Shown: piece after piece, positions 15,768-25,057 of the stretch
Layout of the letters: each line of letters begins with the position of its first letter
Numbering within the stretch: position 1 is the first letter of the stretch
Assembly (NCBI GenBank): GCA_049322915.1
Contig: JBMOPW010000034.1
Span: 188,858 to 252,857, forward strand
Direction of reading: 5' to 3'
Source: Candidatus Zhuqueibacterota bacterium
GTDB lineage: Bacteria > Zhuqueibacterota > Zhuqueibacteria > Thermofontimicrobiales > Thermofontimicrobiaceae
DNA: 64,000 nucleotides
The notes under the pieces: generated by a model
What the model was told of the DNA's origin: nothing
Database searches by the model: none
The model's input: the letters and a program-made list of their open reading frames with translations, nothing else
Made by a program: the position numbers and the translations under genes

Positions 15768-17906
15768 TTAAATAAACAGCGGTGCGGCCACCAGAGTTAT
15801 CGTGCTCAATAATTTGATGACCACATGCAATGAAGGTCCAGCCGTGTCTTTGAACGGATCGCCTACAGTATCGCCGACGACCGTTGCCTTGTGCGTGTCC
15901 GAACCCTTGCCCCCCAACATACCGGATTCGATATACTTTTTAGCATTGTCCCAGGCGCCACCTCCATTATTAAATAACGTCGCCATGAGAATGCCGGCGA
16001 TAGTGCCTACCATCAATAATGCTGCGACAGCCTCTGCGCCGATGTTCAAATATTTGAATCCGATTCCGACGGCCAGCGGTAATCCTACTGTCAACAGACC
16101 GGGCAAAACCATAAGTTTGAGGGCGCCGCCGGTGACGATATTGACGCATACGCCGTAATCCGGTTTGTCTGTGCCGGCTAGAATGCCCGGCTTCTCTCTG
16201 AACTGCCGTCGGACTTCATTGATCACATAATAGGCGGCTTTTCCCACCGCTCGGATTGCCAACGCCGAAAACAGGAAAATCAACATAGCGCCCAGCAATC
16301 CCCCAACGAAAACTTCCGGTTTCGAAATGTCCACAGAGAGCAGTTCAACTCCGTAGTTGCGCACTTCTTCCAGATAAGCAGAGAATAGCAAAAATGCAGC
16401 CAATGCTGCACTACCAATGGCATAGCCTTTGGTGAGGGCTTTTGTGGTATTGCCGACGGCGTCGAGTCGGTCGGTCTTACGCCGAATGTCTTCCGGCTGC
16501 TGGCTCATTTCGATTATTCCACCTGCATTATCGGCAATAGGACCAAATGTATCCATCGCTAAAATATAGGCGCAGGTTCCCAACATGCCCATCGTGGCGA
16601 CAGCGGTTCCGAACAATCCAGCGCCGGAGTGTCCTCCACCCACTACCAGTCCACTCATATTGCCCAGATAATAGGACGCCAGAATGGCAATGGAAATGAC
16701 GATGATGGGCAATGCCGTGCATTCCAGGGCAACAGAAAAACCAGTGATAATATTGGTTGCCGGCCCGGTCTGGGAAGCAGTGGCGATGGATAGTACCGGA
16801 CGGTATTTGTATTCTGTATAATATTGAGTGATATAGACAAATGCGATACTCGTGACGATTCCGATCAGACCACAGGCGAAGAAATACAGCCATGCGTACG
16901 TGGCCGTTTGTGTCTGCAACAACCAATAGGAACCAAATCCGAAACCGATTGCAGCCAGAATCGATGCGATGTAATAGCCGCGATTGAGCGCCTGCATCGG
17001 ATCGCCATCTTCCTTGGTACGAACGGCCATGATACCGACGATGGACGCGATGAGCCCAAAGGCGCGAACGACCAACGGGAACAGAATGCCTTTCAATCCG
17101 AAAAAGGGATACAGCGCCACGCCAAGAATCATAGCGCCAATATTTTCAGCCGCTGTGGATTCGAATAAGTCTGCGCCACGGCCGGCGCAGTCGCCGACAT
17201 TGTCTCCAACGAGATCAGCGATAACGGCCGGATTGCGCGGGTCATCCTCTGGAATTCCAGCTTCGACTTTACCGACGAGGTCCGCGCCCACGTCAGCAGC
17301 TTTGGTGTAAATACCGCCGCCCAATTGCGCAAATAGCGCTACAAAGCTCGCGCCAAATCCATAGCCGACAATCATGTATGGAATTTTTGTCGCTTCGATA
17401 CCCAGTGTTGTGATAATGGCAAATAATCCGCCCACGCCAAGAAGACTCATGGCCACTACAAACAATCCGGAAACGGCGCCGCCGCGCAAGGCAATCTGCA
17501 GGGCTGTGTTCAGGCTCGATCGCACTGCGGCTGCGGTCCGAATATTGGCTCGAATGGACACGAACATGCCCACGTACCCGGCGATGCCGGAACACAGGGC
17601 TCCCAGCGCAAAGGATGATGCTATGTATCCCGCCAAATCGATTGCCTGAGGGACTGGATCATAGGGAGTATGCGGTCGGACGAACGCGTATAAAATAAAA
17701 ATCACAGCGGCGACCGGCAGACTGAGCAGAGCGATTGTCTTGTACTGACGCGCCAAAAATGCTTCTGCGCCTTCTTTAATGGCGTCAGAGATGTATTGCA
17801 TCGCTGGTGTTCCGGTATCGTGACGCAAAACCCATCTCGCTAAATAAAGAGCAAAAGCCAGTGCAAAAATGCTGATTCCCAGGACAAGAGTCATTTCCAG
17901 AATCAT
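15768..17906 (-). CDS. hppA: Membrane-bound proton-translocating pyrophosphatase, K+-independent type
   Basis: 712 aa, polytopic, with DLVGDNVGDCAGRGADLFES and VGDTVGDPFKDTAGPSL motifs. DAVGNTTKALTKGYAIGSA has Lys/Thr at the positions that distinguish K+-independent H+-PPases. Confidence 0.92.
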   Translation of the reverse strand: MILEMTLVLGISIFALAFALYLARWVLRHDTGTPAMQYISDAIKEGAEAFLARQYKTIALLSLPVAAVIFILYAFVRPHTPYDPVPQAIDLAGYIASSFALGALCSGIAGYVGMFVSIRANIRTAAAVRSSLNTALQIALRGGAVSGLFVVAMSLLGVGGLFAIITTLGIEATKIPYMIVGYGFGASFVALFAQLGGGIYTKAADVGADLVGKVEAGIPEDDPRNPAVIADLVGDNVGDCAGRGADLFESTAAENIGAMILGVALYPFFGLKGILFPLVVRAFGLIASIVGIMAVRTKEDGDPMQALNRGYYIASILAAIGFGFGSYWLLQTQTATYAWLYFFACGLIGIVTSIAFVYITQYYTEYKYRPVLSIATASQTGPATNIITGFSVALECTALPIIVISIAILASYYLGNMSGLVVGGGHSGAGLFGTAVATMGMLGTCAYILAMDTFGPIADNAGGIIEMSQQPEDIRRKTDRLDAVGNTTKALTKGYAIGSAALAAFLLFSAYLEEVRNYGVELLSVDISKPEVFVGGLLGAMLIFLFSALAIRAVGKAAYYVINEVRRQFREKPGILAGTDKPDYGVCVNIVTGGALKLMVLPGLLTVGLPLAVGIGFKYLNIGAEAVAALLMVGTIAGILMATLFNNGGGAWDNAKKYIESGMLGGKGSDTHKATVVGDTVGDPFKDTAGPSLHVVIKLLSTITLVAAPLFI

Positions 17907-18034
17907 TGTAAATTCTCCTCTACATGATGAGTTACACCGATTTATTATATCGACTGATTATTATCGGATGTAGTACCGCGAATAAGAATTACAATACAGT
18001 GGCAATCAAGAGTCTTCTTTAACAATGAAGTGAC

Positions 18035-19294
18035 TTACGTTGCTATATTATCGATAATTTCCCTTTCTGCGGAATATTTTTTTTCGGTTCGGGCGATGAA
18101 CAAAGCGCAACTGGCATCACCAGTCATATTGACTGTTGTGCGGCACATATCCAGAATGCGATCCACACCCAGAATGAGGGCGATGCCTTCCAGAGGAATG
18201 CCGATCGTCTGCAGCACCAGGGTCAAAGTCACAATCCCCGCGCCAGGAACGCCGGCAGCGCCGATGGACGCCAATGTCGCGGTTAATACAATCATCAACT
18301 GGTCGATCATGGTCAATGACAGGCCGTAAACCTGGGCGATGAAAACGGCAGCGACACCCTGATAAAGTGATGTCCCGTCCATGTTAATCGTCGCTCCCAG
18401 CGGCAGAACAAAGCTGCATATTTCCTTTGGTACGCCAAGGTTTTCCTGACAGCATTTCATATTGAAGGGCAACGCCGCATTGCTGGAACTGGTGCTGAAT
18501 GCAACCAGTTGCGCCTCACGCATGCCTTTGAAAAATTTCAACGGATTCATCTGCCCAACAATGCGGACCGATGTACTATAAACGACGCCGATATGAATGG
18601 CCAGACCGATGAGCACAACCAGTGAGTATTTAATGAGTGTGATTAATATCGGCAATCCAAACCGCCCGGTCACTGCGGCAATCAAGGCAAAGACGCCGTA
18701 GGGCGCCACGTTCATGATGAGATGAACCAACTGAATAATGGCTTCATTCAATCCATCAAGGAAATTGACAACAGGCAAAGATCGGGACGATGGCAGATAG
18801 GTCAGTGCGATCCCCAGCGCAAGGGAAAAGAAAATCAATCCCAGCATATCGCCCTCAGCCATCGCCCGGATGGGATTGGTTGGGATGATTTCAAGAATAA
18901 CGTCCACCACCTTTGGCTTGTTCGCCATGGCTTTCGCCAGTTGCTCTTGGGAGCTGTCCTGATAGTCCTGCATCAATTTGGCTTTAACAGATTCATTTAG
19001 CCCGGAACCAGGTTGAATGACATTGGCTAACATTAAACCAATTGTGACAGCGATGGCGGTCGTGATAATATAATAACTGATTGTCTTCACGCCGATTCGA
19101 CCCAATTTTTTGAGACTGCCGAGACTGGCAGCGCCAACCACCAGCGAGGCGAATACCAATGGCACGACGACCATGGTGATGAGTCGAATGAAGGCTTTTC
19201 CCACCGGTTCCAGCCACACAGCCTTGGGTCCGAGAATTAGGCCGACGACGACGCCAGCGAACAGACCGATGGAAATTTTGGTGTAGATCTTCAT
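18035..19294 (-). CDS. Dicarboxylate/amino acid:cation symporter (DAACS, GltP-like)
   Basis: 419 aa with MVVVPLVFASLVVGAASLG...SSSNAALPFNM...GATINMDGTSLYQGVAAVFIAQ motifs of the sodium:dicarboxylate symporter family. Confidence 0.88.
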   Translation of the reverse strand: MKIYTKISIGLFAGVVVGLILGPKAVWLEPVGKAFIRLITMVVVPLVFASLVVGAASLGSLKKLGRIGVKTISYYIITTAIAVTIGLMLANVIQPGSGLNESVKAKLMQDYQDSSQEQLAKAMANKPKVVDVILEIIPTNPIRAMAEGDMLGLIFFSLALGIALTYLPSSRSLPVVNFLDGLNEAIIQLVHLIMNVAPYGVFALIAAVTGRFGLPILITLIKYSLVVLIGLAIHIGVVYSTSVRIVGQMNPLKFFKGMREAQLVAFSTSSSNAALPFNMKCCQENLGVPKEICSFVLPLGATINMDGTSLYQGVAAVFIAQVYGLSLTMIDQLMIVLTATLASIGAAGVPGAGIVTLTLVLQTIGIPLEGIALILGVDRILDMCRTTVNMTGDASCALFIARTEKKYSAEREIIDNIAT

Positions 19295-21114
19295 TTTTCC
19301 CCAGTAATTTTGACTTCGGTAGACAGATGGCGGAACCAGCTAAAGTACAAAATGACGGACATGACGACCAATGCAATCAACAGATATGTAAATTGATCCC
19401 ATCGACGCATAATGAATAACATCCAAATCATGAATAAAGACAATTGCCAGGGCACTGCAATGATCGTTGAAAATATATCGCGGCGATTTTCTTTGTTCAC
19501 TTCTTTAATTAAATACTGGGGAAATTTATTTCGGATTCGCGACCACCAGCCAAACGGTCGGGTAATTTTGTAGAATTCAGACAGCACTACATCGTCGGTC
19601 GGTTTTGTCAGGAATGTCCCAATGATCATGGCAATGAGGGAAACAACGGTCGCGAAACTGAAAGCGACATATTCGGGCACGTGCGGGAAAAACAGCCGTT
19701 GAATAATGGCGGCGACCATGCCGGCGGCCATGCCGATGGAGAAACCATAACCGTTCAACCGCCACCAGTACCAGCGCACCAACAGCGGCACAATCATACC
19801 GGCGCCGATGCTCATGGTGATCCAACCCCAAATATCATTGATATTTTTAATGACAACACTGAAAGCCAATCCCAGAATGACGATGAGCACTGAAGACAAT
19901 CGGCTCTGGAATAGAAGCTCTTTTTCGCTGGCCCTGGGCTTAATGAACGCTTGATAAATATCCTTGACCCAATAGGCAGCGCCGGCATTGACAGTGGGCG
20001 CAAAGGTGGACATGGCGGCAGCCATCAGCCCGGTGACCAGCAGCCCTTTCATGCCCACGTGGAACGATTCGTTGATGACAACAGGAATGACCATTTCCGG
20101 ATCGGAAATCGTGTGATGCGCCTGGCCATAGGCCACGGCCAACCAGGCAATCGCGGCGATGAACATCCAGCGGAACGAGAGAAGAAACGTCCAGAAAAGC
20201 GAGAGCAAGCCGGCTTCGCGGTCGCTCTTGGCGGCGAAGTAGCGCTGAATCATGTAGCCGCCTGTGCCGCCGCTGCCTTCGATGGTCACTTTGATCAAGT
20301 AAAAAACAATGGCAACAATGAAAAAGTTATATATCGAATAGAGCGATTCCTGAGGGAAATTCAAATTCCACGAGGGGATCATGCTGGTCCATGCTTCTTT
20401 GGTCATGGGGATCGTCTGAAATTCGTGATTCGGAAGAGGGATGGAGACGTTAAATGAATCAGGGATTGTCTTTCCAAAGGCGAGCACAGAAACGTAGACG
20501 ATAGCCACAAAGATGAGAACAGCCTGCATTACGTCTGTCCAGACCACGCCGTACAGGCCGCTCGCTGAAGCGTAAATGACGCAGAGCAGGATCATTAAAA
20601 TACTTGCCCAGAACTCAGATGACAGACCAAGAAAGGCCGGGATGCCTAAAAACTCGCCGATGAATTTGCCGGAGCCTACAGCAAAATAGGTGATCATTGC
20701 AATCGTCATGATGATGGATGCAATGGCGGAAATGAATCGCGCCAGGTCGCCCTGCTTATCCGTGCCAAATCGGAAGCGCATCCATTCTGCCATGGTCATC
20801 ACCTGGGCGCGTCGATTCCATTTGCCCATGAAGATCATGAGAAACGCCATGATCAGCGTGATGCCGCCGCGAATTTCAATGAACATCCCGGCTGCGCCGA
20901 TGGCAAAAATCCACGCGGTGTTGATCATCGTACCGCTGACATCCAGATTGGACGCCATGCCTGAAGCGCCCAGCGCCCACCAGGGGATTTTACGGTCGCC
21001 CAGGAAAAAAGAATCGATGCCAGCGGACGCCTTCTTCTGAAGCATCATTCCCAGGAACATAGTGAAGACAAGATAGAGACCGACAATACCGTAGTCGATT
21101 AAACTCATACTCAC
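19291..21114 (-). CDS. Sodium:solute symporter (SSS) family transporter
   Basis: 607 aa, ~13-14 TM. The N-terminus IDYGIVGLYLVFTMFLGMMLQKKASAGIDSFFLGDRKIPWWALGASGMASN is typical of SSS. There is a 4-nt overlap with the downstream DAACS start. Confidence 0.85.
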   Translation of the reverse strand: MSMSLIDYGIVGLYLVFTMFLGMMLQKKASAGIDSFFLGDRKIPWWALGASGMASNLDVSGTMINTAWIFAIGAAGMFIEIRGGITLIMAFLMIFMGKWNRRAQVMTMAEWMRFRFGTDKQGDLARFISAIASIIMTIAMITYFAVGSGKFIGEFLGIPAFLGLSSEFWASILMILLCVIYASASGLYGVVWTDVMQAVLIFVAIVYVSVLAFGKTIPDSFNVSIPLPNHEFQTIPMTKEAWTSMIPSWNLNFPQESLYSIYNFFIVAIVFYLIKVTIEGSGGTGGYMIQRYFAAKSDREAGLLSLFWTFLLSFRWMFIAAIAWLAVAYGQAHHTISDPEMVIPVVINESFHVGMKGLLVTGLMAAAMSTFAPTVNAGAAYWVKDIYQAFIKPRASEKELLFQSRLSSVLIVILGLAFSVVIKNINDIWGWITMSIGAGMIVPLLVRWYWWRLNGYGFSIGMAAGMVAAIIQRLFFPHVPEYVAFSFATVVSLIAMIIGTFLTKPTDDVVLSEFYKITRPFGWWSRIRNKFPQYLIKEVNKENRRDIFSTIIAVPWQLSLFMIWMLFIMRRWDQFTYLLIALVVMSVILYFSWFRHLSTEVKITGEK

Positions 21115-21613
21115 TCCCTCGAAAGTTCAGTGTTAAGCCAGCCTGTCGTTACCAAAAGCGAATTAACTATGTGAATTCCGGTGTGACAATTCCCTGTTAA
21201 TTGAATACGTGGAACTGAGAGTTACTTGACATACAACTCAAACTTGCCGCGGCCGAAATGGAGAACCCAATCCCCCATTATGAAAATTAGCCCCATCCTT
21301 CGGGGCTAAGGTCGTGAATAACAATGTGTACAGCCTGCGCGTTCCTTGAAGTGGCCTTCTCCTTTTTCCATTCAAGATTTTTTTTGATGAGAGGAATATA
21401 AATAATTTACACGACGTATACAAGAGTTTTTTTTATAGATGAGAAGTTTCTCAAATATTTTCAGGTTCGAATCCCGGAATTTTTCCAGAAATGTGACGCT
21501 CCTGTAAGTATTACCGTGAGCAATGGCTGAAGAATGCGGCAACCGAATAAATATCCCGGACGCGAATCGATGATGCATCGTCCGAAGGGTGCGATCGCGG
21601 TTGACATTAAATA

Positions 21614-22168
21614 GTCTGTCCGGAAACTGCTACTATTGACCTCACCCCAACCCTGCCCTCATGAGGCTAATCCACACCCATACGTTGGGGGATATTAACC
21701 CTACAACGTCATTTAGTAAATATATATGTTGAGTTTTTCATCTATCAAAAATACAATATACAACGATAAAAAATCTATGTGACGTAGTAGGGTTAACAAA
21801 TCAAATGAAACGCAGAGGTCGCGAAGGGCGCAGAGAAAAGACCCGCTTAGCATTGGCCAGAGTGATTTTAAAATTTTCAATCAAACAATGAAAATCATAT
21901 TCACCCATAGTAACAGAAGACCAAAATAACCAGGAGAATATCTGGTTTCATCAGTTTGCAAACAGCTTTTTTTCAGTACCAAAACTCTGCGTACCTCTGC
22001 GGTCTCTGCGACCTCTGCGTTTGAAAAGATATGGGCCTAATCAGGAGAGGGAGAACAGATATTCACCTTTTTGCCCGCAGGGTAGGAAAGGGTTTAGTGG
22101 ATGAGGTCTGACGGAATGAAGTTTGAAAATATCACCCTCACAGCTAATCTTTTTATATTCGGACAGAC
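21614..22168. mobile_element. Composite nested MITE-like repeat, copy B (~555 bp), core inverted relative to copy A
   Basis: Ends are GTCTGTCCGGAAAC (21614-) and TTCGGACAGAC (-22168). The arms are collinear with copy A. The interior ~21724-22021 is the reverse complement of 2695-2992. It lacks insertion Y. Confidence 0.7.
21809..22021. repeat. Sub-element X, copy B (reverse-complemented relative to 2695-2907)
   Basis: AACGCAGAGGTCGCGAAGGGCGCAGAG ... CCTCTGCGGTCTCTGCGACCTCTGCGTT. Same 213-bp length as in copy A. Confidence 0.65.
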
Positions 22169-22277
22169 TTCAAATAAACTCATAACGACCATCAATTCAT
22201 GGTCAATGTATCAGCAAAATAACAGAACTTTTTCCGACGCCTTCAGTAAAAAACAAGAGTTGTTGGGAGACACGCGC

Positions 22278-23867
22278 ATGGTTTTTCATGGACAAAAAAA
22301 CATGGATATCACGGAAATCCGCATCGACAGCGGAGAAATCATTGGGCCGTTTCGTCCGATCTGGCGCTCTTTCGGATACGACGAAATCAACTGGACATAC
22401 ACGCCCCGCGGCAAGCGGCTATTCGACGAAATTTCACGTCTCTCCCCTGAGCCTTATTTCATCCGATGCCACAACGCTTTCACCAGCGGGAATGGTCTGT
22501 CCACACCGTCGGCTGGCTCGTGCAACGTCTATTCCGTGACGGAACAGGGCGAGGTAATTTATGATTTCTCTCTGCTGGATCAGGTCGTTGAAACCATCCT
22601 GTCGCATCACGCGAAACCGATTGTCGAGTTGGGATTCATGCCGGATACGCTCTCTTCCGGGCCGGCGCCGAAACCGACCTACAATTACGATCGGTCGAAG
22701 CTATGGACTTATCCGCCCCGAAATTACGCCGCATGGCAGCAGCTTGTCTTCAGCACAGTTCGCCATTTTGTTGAGAAATACGGTGCGAAGGAGATTGAAA
22801 CCTGGTACTGGGAAGTCTGGAATGAGCCTGACTTTTCAGGATTCTTCAGGGGAACGGTGAAAGACTATTGCCGGCTTTACGATCATTCCGTTGCCGGCGC
22901 TGTAGCGGCGCTGCCGACAATACGCATCGGCGGACCAGCCCTCGCTGCCAGTTCGGCTTTTTTAGAAAAATTTCTCGCCCATTGCGCGCGCGGCAAAAAT
23001 GCTGCCTCGCGACAACGCGGCACACGCCTCGACTTCATCTCATTTCATGCCAAAGGTAATGGCTGGCCCATCACAGGCGTTCCCTTTGAAATGCCTTCTC
23101 TGGCAGCCATCCTCGCTGCTGTGAAGAAATACCGGCAGGTGATCGCTAAGTTTCCTCAGTATCAGGCAACAGAATGTCTATTCGATGAATGCGACATGGC
23201 CGTGGCGACCAATTATGGGATGTACGATTTTCCCGAACTTGAATTCAACAACACCGCTTACTATCCGGCATTTCTCGTGCGCATGGTGAAATATCTTTCT
23301 GATTTTATTGAGCGCGAGAACCTGCCCATCTCTTGCTTCACCACGTGGGCGTTTTATTTCGAGGGGAAACGGTTCTTCGAAGGGAATCGTTCCCTGGTCA
23401 CCAATGAGAACATTAAATTGCCAGTGTTCAACGCTTTTCCGCTTTTAGAGAAATTGGGGCGCACGCGAATCCAGCTTGATGCTGCGGGATTCCCGATCAC
23501 CGATGGCCTGGCCACGAAGAGCGCGCCCGATCGAATTGAAGTGGCGCTTTGGAATTTCGATGAGACTCAGGCCAATTCATCCCCTGCCGGAATTCTGTTG
23601 CGCGTTGTCCGGCTTCCGCAGCATCTGAAGCGCGCGGCGATTCGCCGCTATCAGATCGATGCGCAGCACAGCAACGCCTATTCCGCCTGGAAGGAGATGG
23701 GATCCCCCCAGTACCCAACGGACAGTGAACTGGCGGCTCTCCGGAGCCGGCAGAATTTAGAGCTGATTGAAGAAGTGCATTCAGTAGAAGTGCGTCAGGG
23801 GAATTTGGAGTATTCGCTGACGCTGCCGGCGTGCAGCGTTTGTGTCGTGCAGATTGAATGTCAGTGA
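22278..23867 (+). CDS. Clan GH-A glycoside hydrolase, GH39-like (beta-xylosidase/iduronidase-like); no signal peptide
   Basis: ORF 22101..23867. IETWYWEVWNEPDF is the clan GH-A/GH39-type acid-base motif. The first 59 codons lie in or next to the repeat arm, so I place the start at M60 (MVFHGQKNMDITEIRI). Confidence 0.65.
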   Translation: MVFHGQKNMDITEIRIDSGEIIGPFRPIWRSFGYDEINWTYTPRGKRLFDEISRLSPEPYFIRCHNAFTSGNGLSTPSAGSCNVYSVTEQGEVIYDFSLLDQVVETILSHHAKPIVELGFMPDTLSSGPAPKPTYNYDRSKLWTYPPRNYAAWQQLVFSTVRHFVEKYGAKEIETWYWEVWNEPDFSGFFRGTVKDYCRLYDHSVAGAVAALPTIRIGGPALAASSAFLEKFLAHCARGKNAASRQRGTRLDFISFHAKGNGWPITGVPFEMPSLAAILAAVKKYRQVIAKFPQYQATECLFDECDMAVATNYGMYDFPELEFNNTAYYPAFLVRMVKYLSDFIERENLPISCFTTWAFYFEGKRFFEGNRSLVTNENIKLPVFNAFPLLEKLGRTRIQLDAAGFPITDGLATKSAPDRIEVALWNFDETQANSSPAGILLRVVRLPQHLKRAAIRRYQIDAQHSNAYSAWKEMGSPQYPTDSELAALRSRQNLELIEEVHSVEVRQGNLEYSLTLPACSVCVVQIECQ

Positions 23868-23907
23868 AGAGAATTGCTTTCAATCCGACTATCGCAGAGC
23901 GCGAATT

Positions 23908-25053
23908 TCATTCATCGAGAATCACCGCAAAATTGCTGTCAATCCAACCAGTCTTATCCCGGTCGTATTCGATTTTCAACCAGCGAAGCTTCTGCTCCTT
24001 GATCTCGAATTTCTGCCCCATGTACAATTCGGTGATTTTTTCAGTGTGGGTTCCCGGGCCGGACCGCACATTCAGCGTCGAACAGGTGATCTGAACCAGG
24101 CGAACCGCACGGAATTTGGTGAAGGGAAATGAGACGCTGATTTCCGACAGATTTGTCAATTCATGGCTCAACTTGTTGCTCGCAATGGAATAGTTGAATG
24201 AGAAGTCCACGTTGTTGAACGCAACATCAAGCCCAGTCCCCAGAGAGAAACGCCGATCCTGCCAGCCGGCGCGCACTGCCAGCGCATTCAGCAGAATGTA
24301 TTCCGCGCCAAGGGACAACTCCTGCATGCGCTGTTCGTACCCTTCCAGAGCCAGCGACACGACCAGCGGCTGGTAAATCTGATAGGCAATGCCAATGCGA
24401 TTCATTCGCTCGTATTCATCCCTATGATCGGTTTTCCAATGCAGCGCTGAACCGATGTCGTAGACAACCACTCCCAGTTTCAGGTTTGAGGTCAATTGCG
24501 CCAGCAACCCAATATCCAGTCCCACTCCATTGGCGCCGACGCCGTCCATGGCCTGGTGCAGATATTTCAGATTAATCCCCAGGCTGACCGGCGAGAAAAT
24601 GCGCCGCGCATAGGTCAACCAGATGGCTTCTTCGACATTGTAAAAATAATAATCCGGCGTGGCAGAATTGCTCGATCGGGCTTCGATCTGGTCGATGGTG
24701 AATCCCTGCCAGCTCAGTCCCAGCCAGTCCCCCTGGCTGACAGGCATGGAAAACGATACGAAATTATTTTCTCTGCTGAGCGGCATTTGTGAATGCATTC
24801 CACCAAAATTGTAGCGGCTCGAAGCGGTGAGACCGGCCGGATTCCAATGAGTTGCCGAATAGTCGTCGGCAATGCTCACGAACGCTGCGTTGAGCACCGA
24901 CGCCCGCGCGCCGATGCCGTAATAATTCAGGCTGCTGCGCTTTTTCTGCGTCTGGCTAAATCCGGATTCGGTCGCGCCAAGACAGGCGACGAGAGATAGG
25001 ATGATTACTGTACGATGAAGTGCCATAATGATGCGTCGTTGATTTTCAATCAT
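23908..25053 (-). CDS. Outer-membrane beta-barrel-like protein with a C-terminal bacterial SH3 domain
   Basis: Signal peptide MALHRTVIILSLVACLGA (alternative start ~25026), then alternating beta-strand-like sequence. The C-terminus LNVRSGPGTHTEKITELYMGQKFEIKEQKLRWLKIEYDRDKTGWI is SH3_3-like. Confidence 0.55.
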   Translation of the reverse strand: MIENQRRIIMALHRTVIILSLVACLGATESGFSQTQKKRSSLNYYGIGARASVLNAAFVSIADDYSATHWNPAGLTASSRYNFGGMHSQMPLSRENNFVSFSMPVSQGDWLGLSWQGFTIDQIEARSSNSATPDYYFYNVEEAIWLTYARRIFSPVSLGINLKYLHQAMDGVGANGVGLDIGLLAQLTSNLKLGVVVYDIGSALHWKTDHRDEYERMNRIGIAYQIYQPLVVSLALEGYEQRMQELSLGAEYILLNALAVRAGWQDRRFSLGTGLDVAFNNVDFSFNYSIASNKLSHELTNLSEISVSFPFTKFRAVRLVQITCSTLNVRSGPGTHTEKITELYMGQKFEIKEQKLRWLKIEYDRDKTGWIDSNFAVILDE

Positions 25054-25057
25054 TCAA

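Noticed and set aside
15768-17906. Idea that the pyrophosphatase is a Na+ pump energising the neighbouring Na+ symporters
   Set aside because: The GNTTKALTKG signature (Lys/Thr) marks K+-independent H+-translocating enzymes. Known Na+-PPases belong to the K+-dependent (Ala) class.
21238-21578. Two overlapping minus-strand ORFs of 61 and 68 aa in the SSS leader
   Set aside because: They overlap each other in different frames, have biased basic composition and no SD. I treat the region as non-coding leader.
22101-22277. N-terminal 59 codons of the hydrolase ORF
   Set aside because: The ATG lies in the repeat arm, and the homologous arm in copy A is non-coding. The extension has no signal-peptide or domain character, so a downstream start is preferred.
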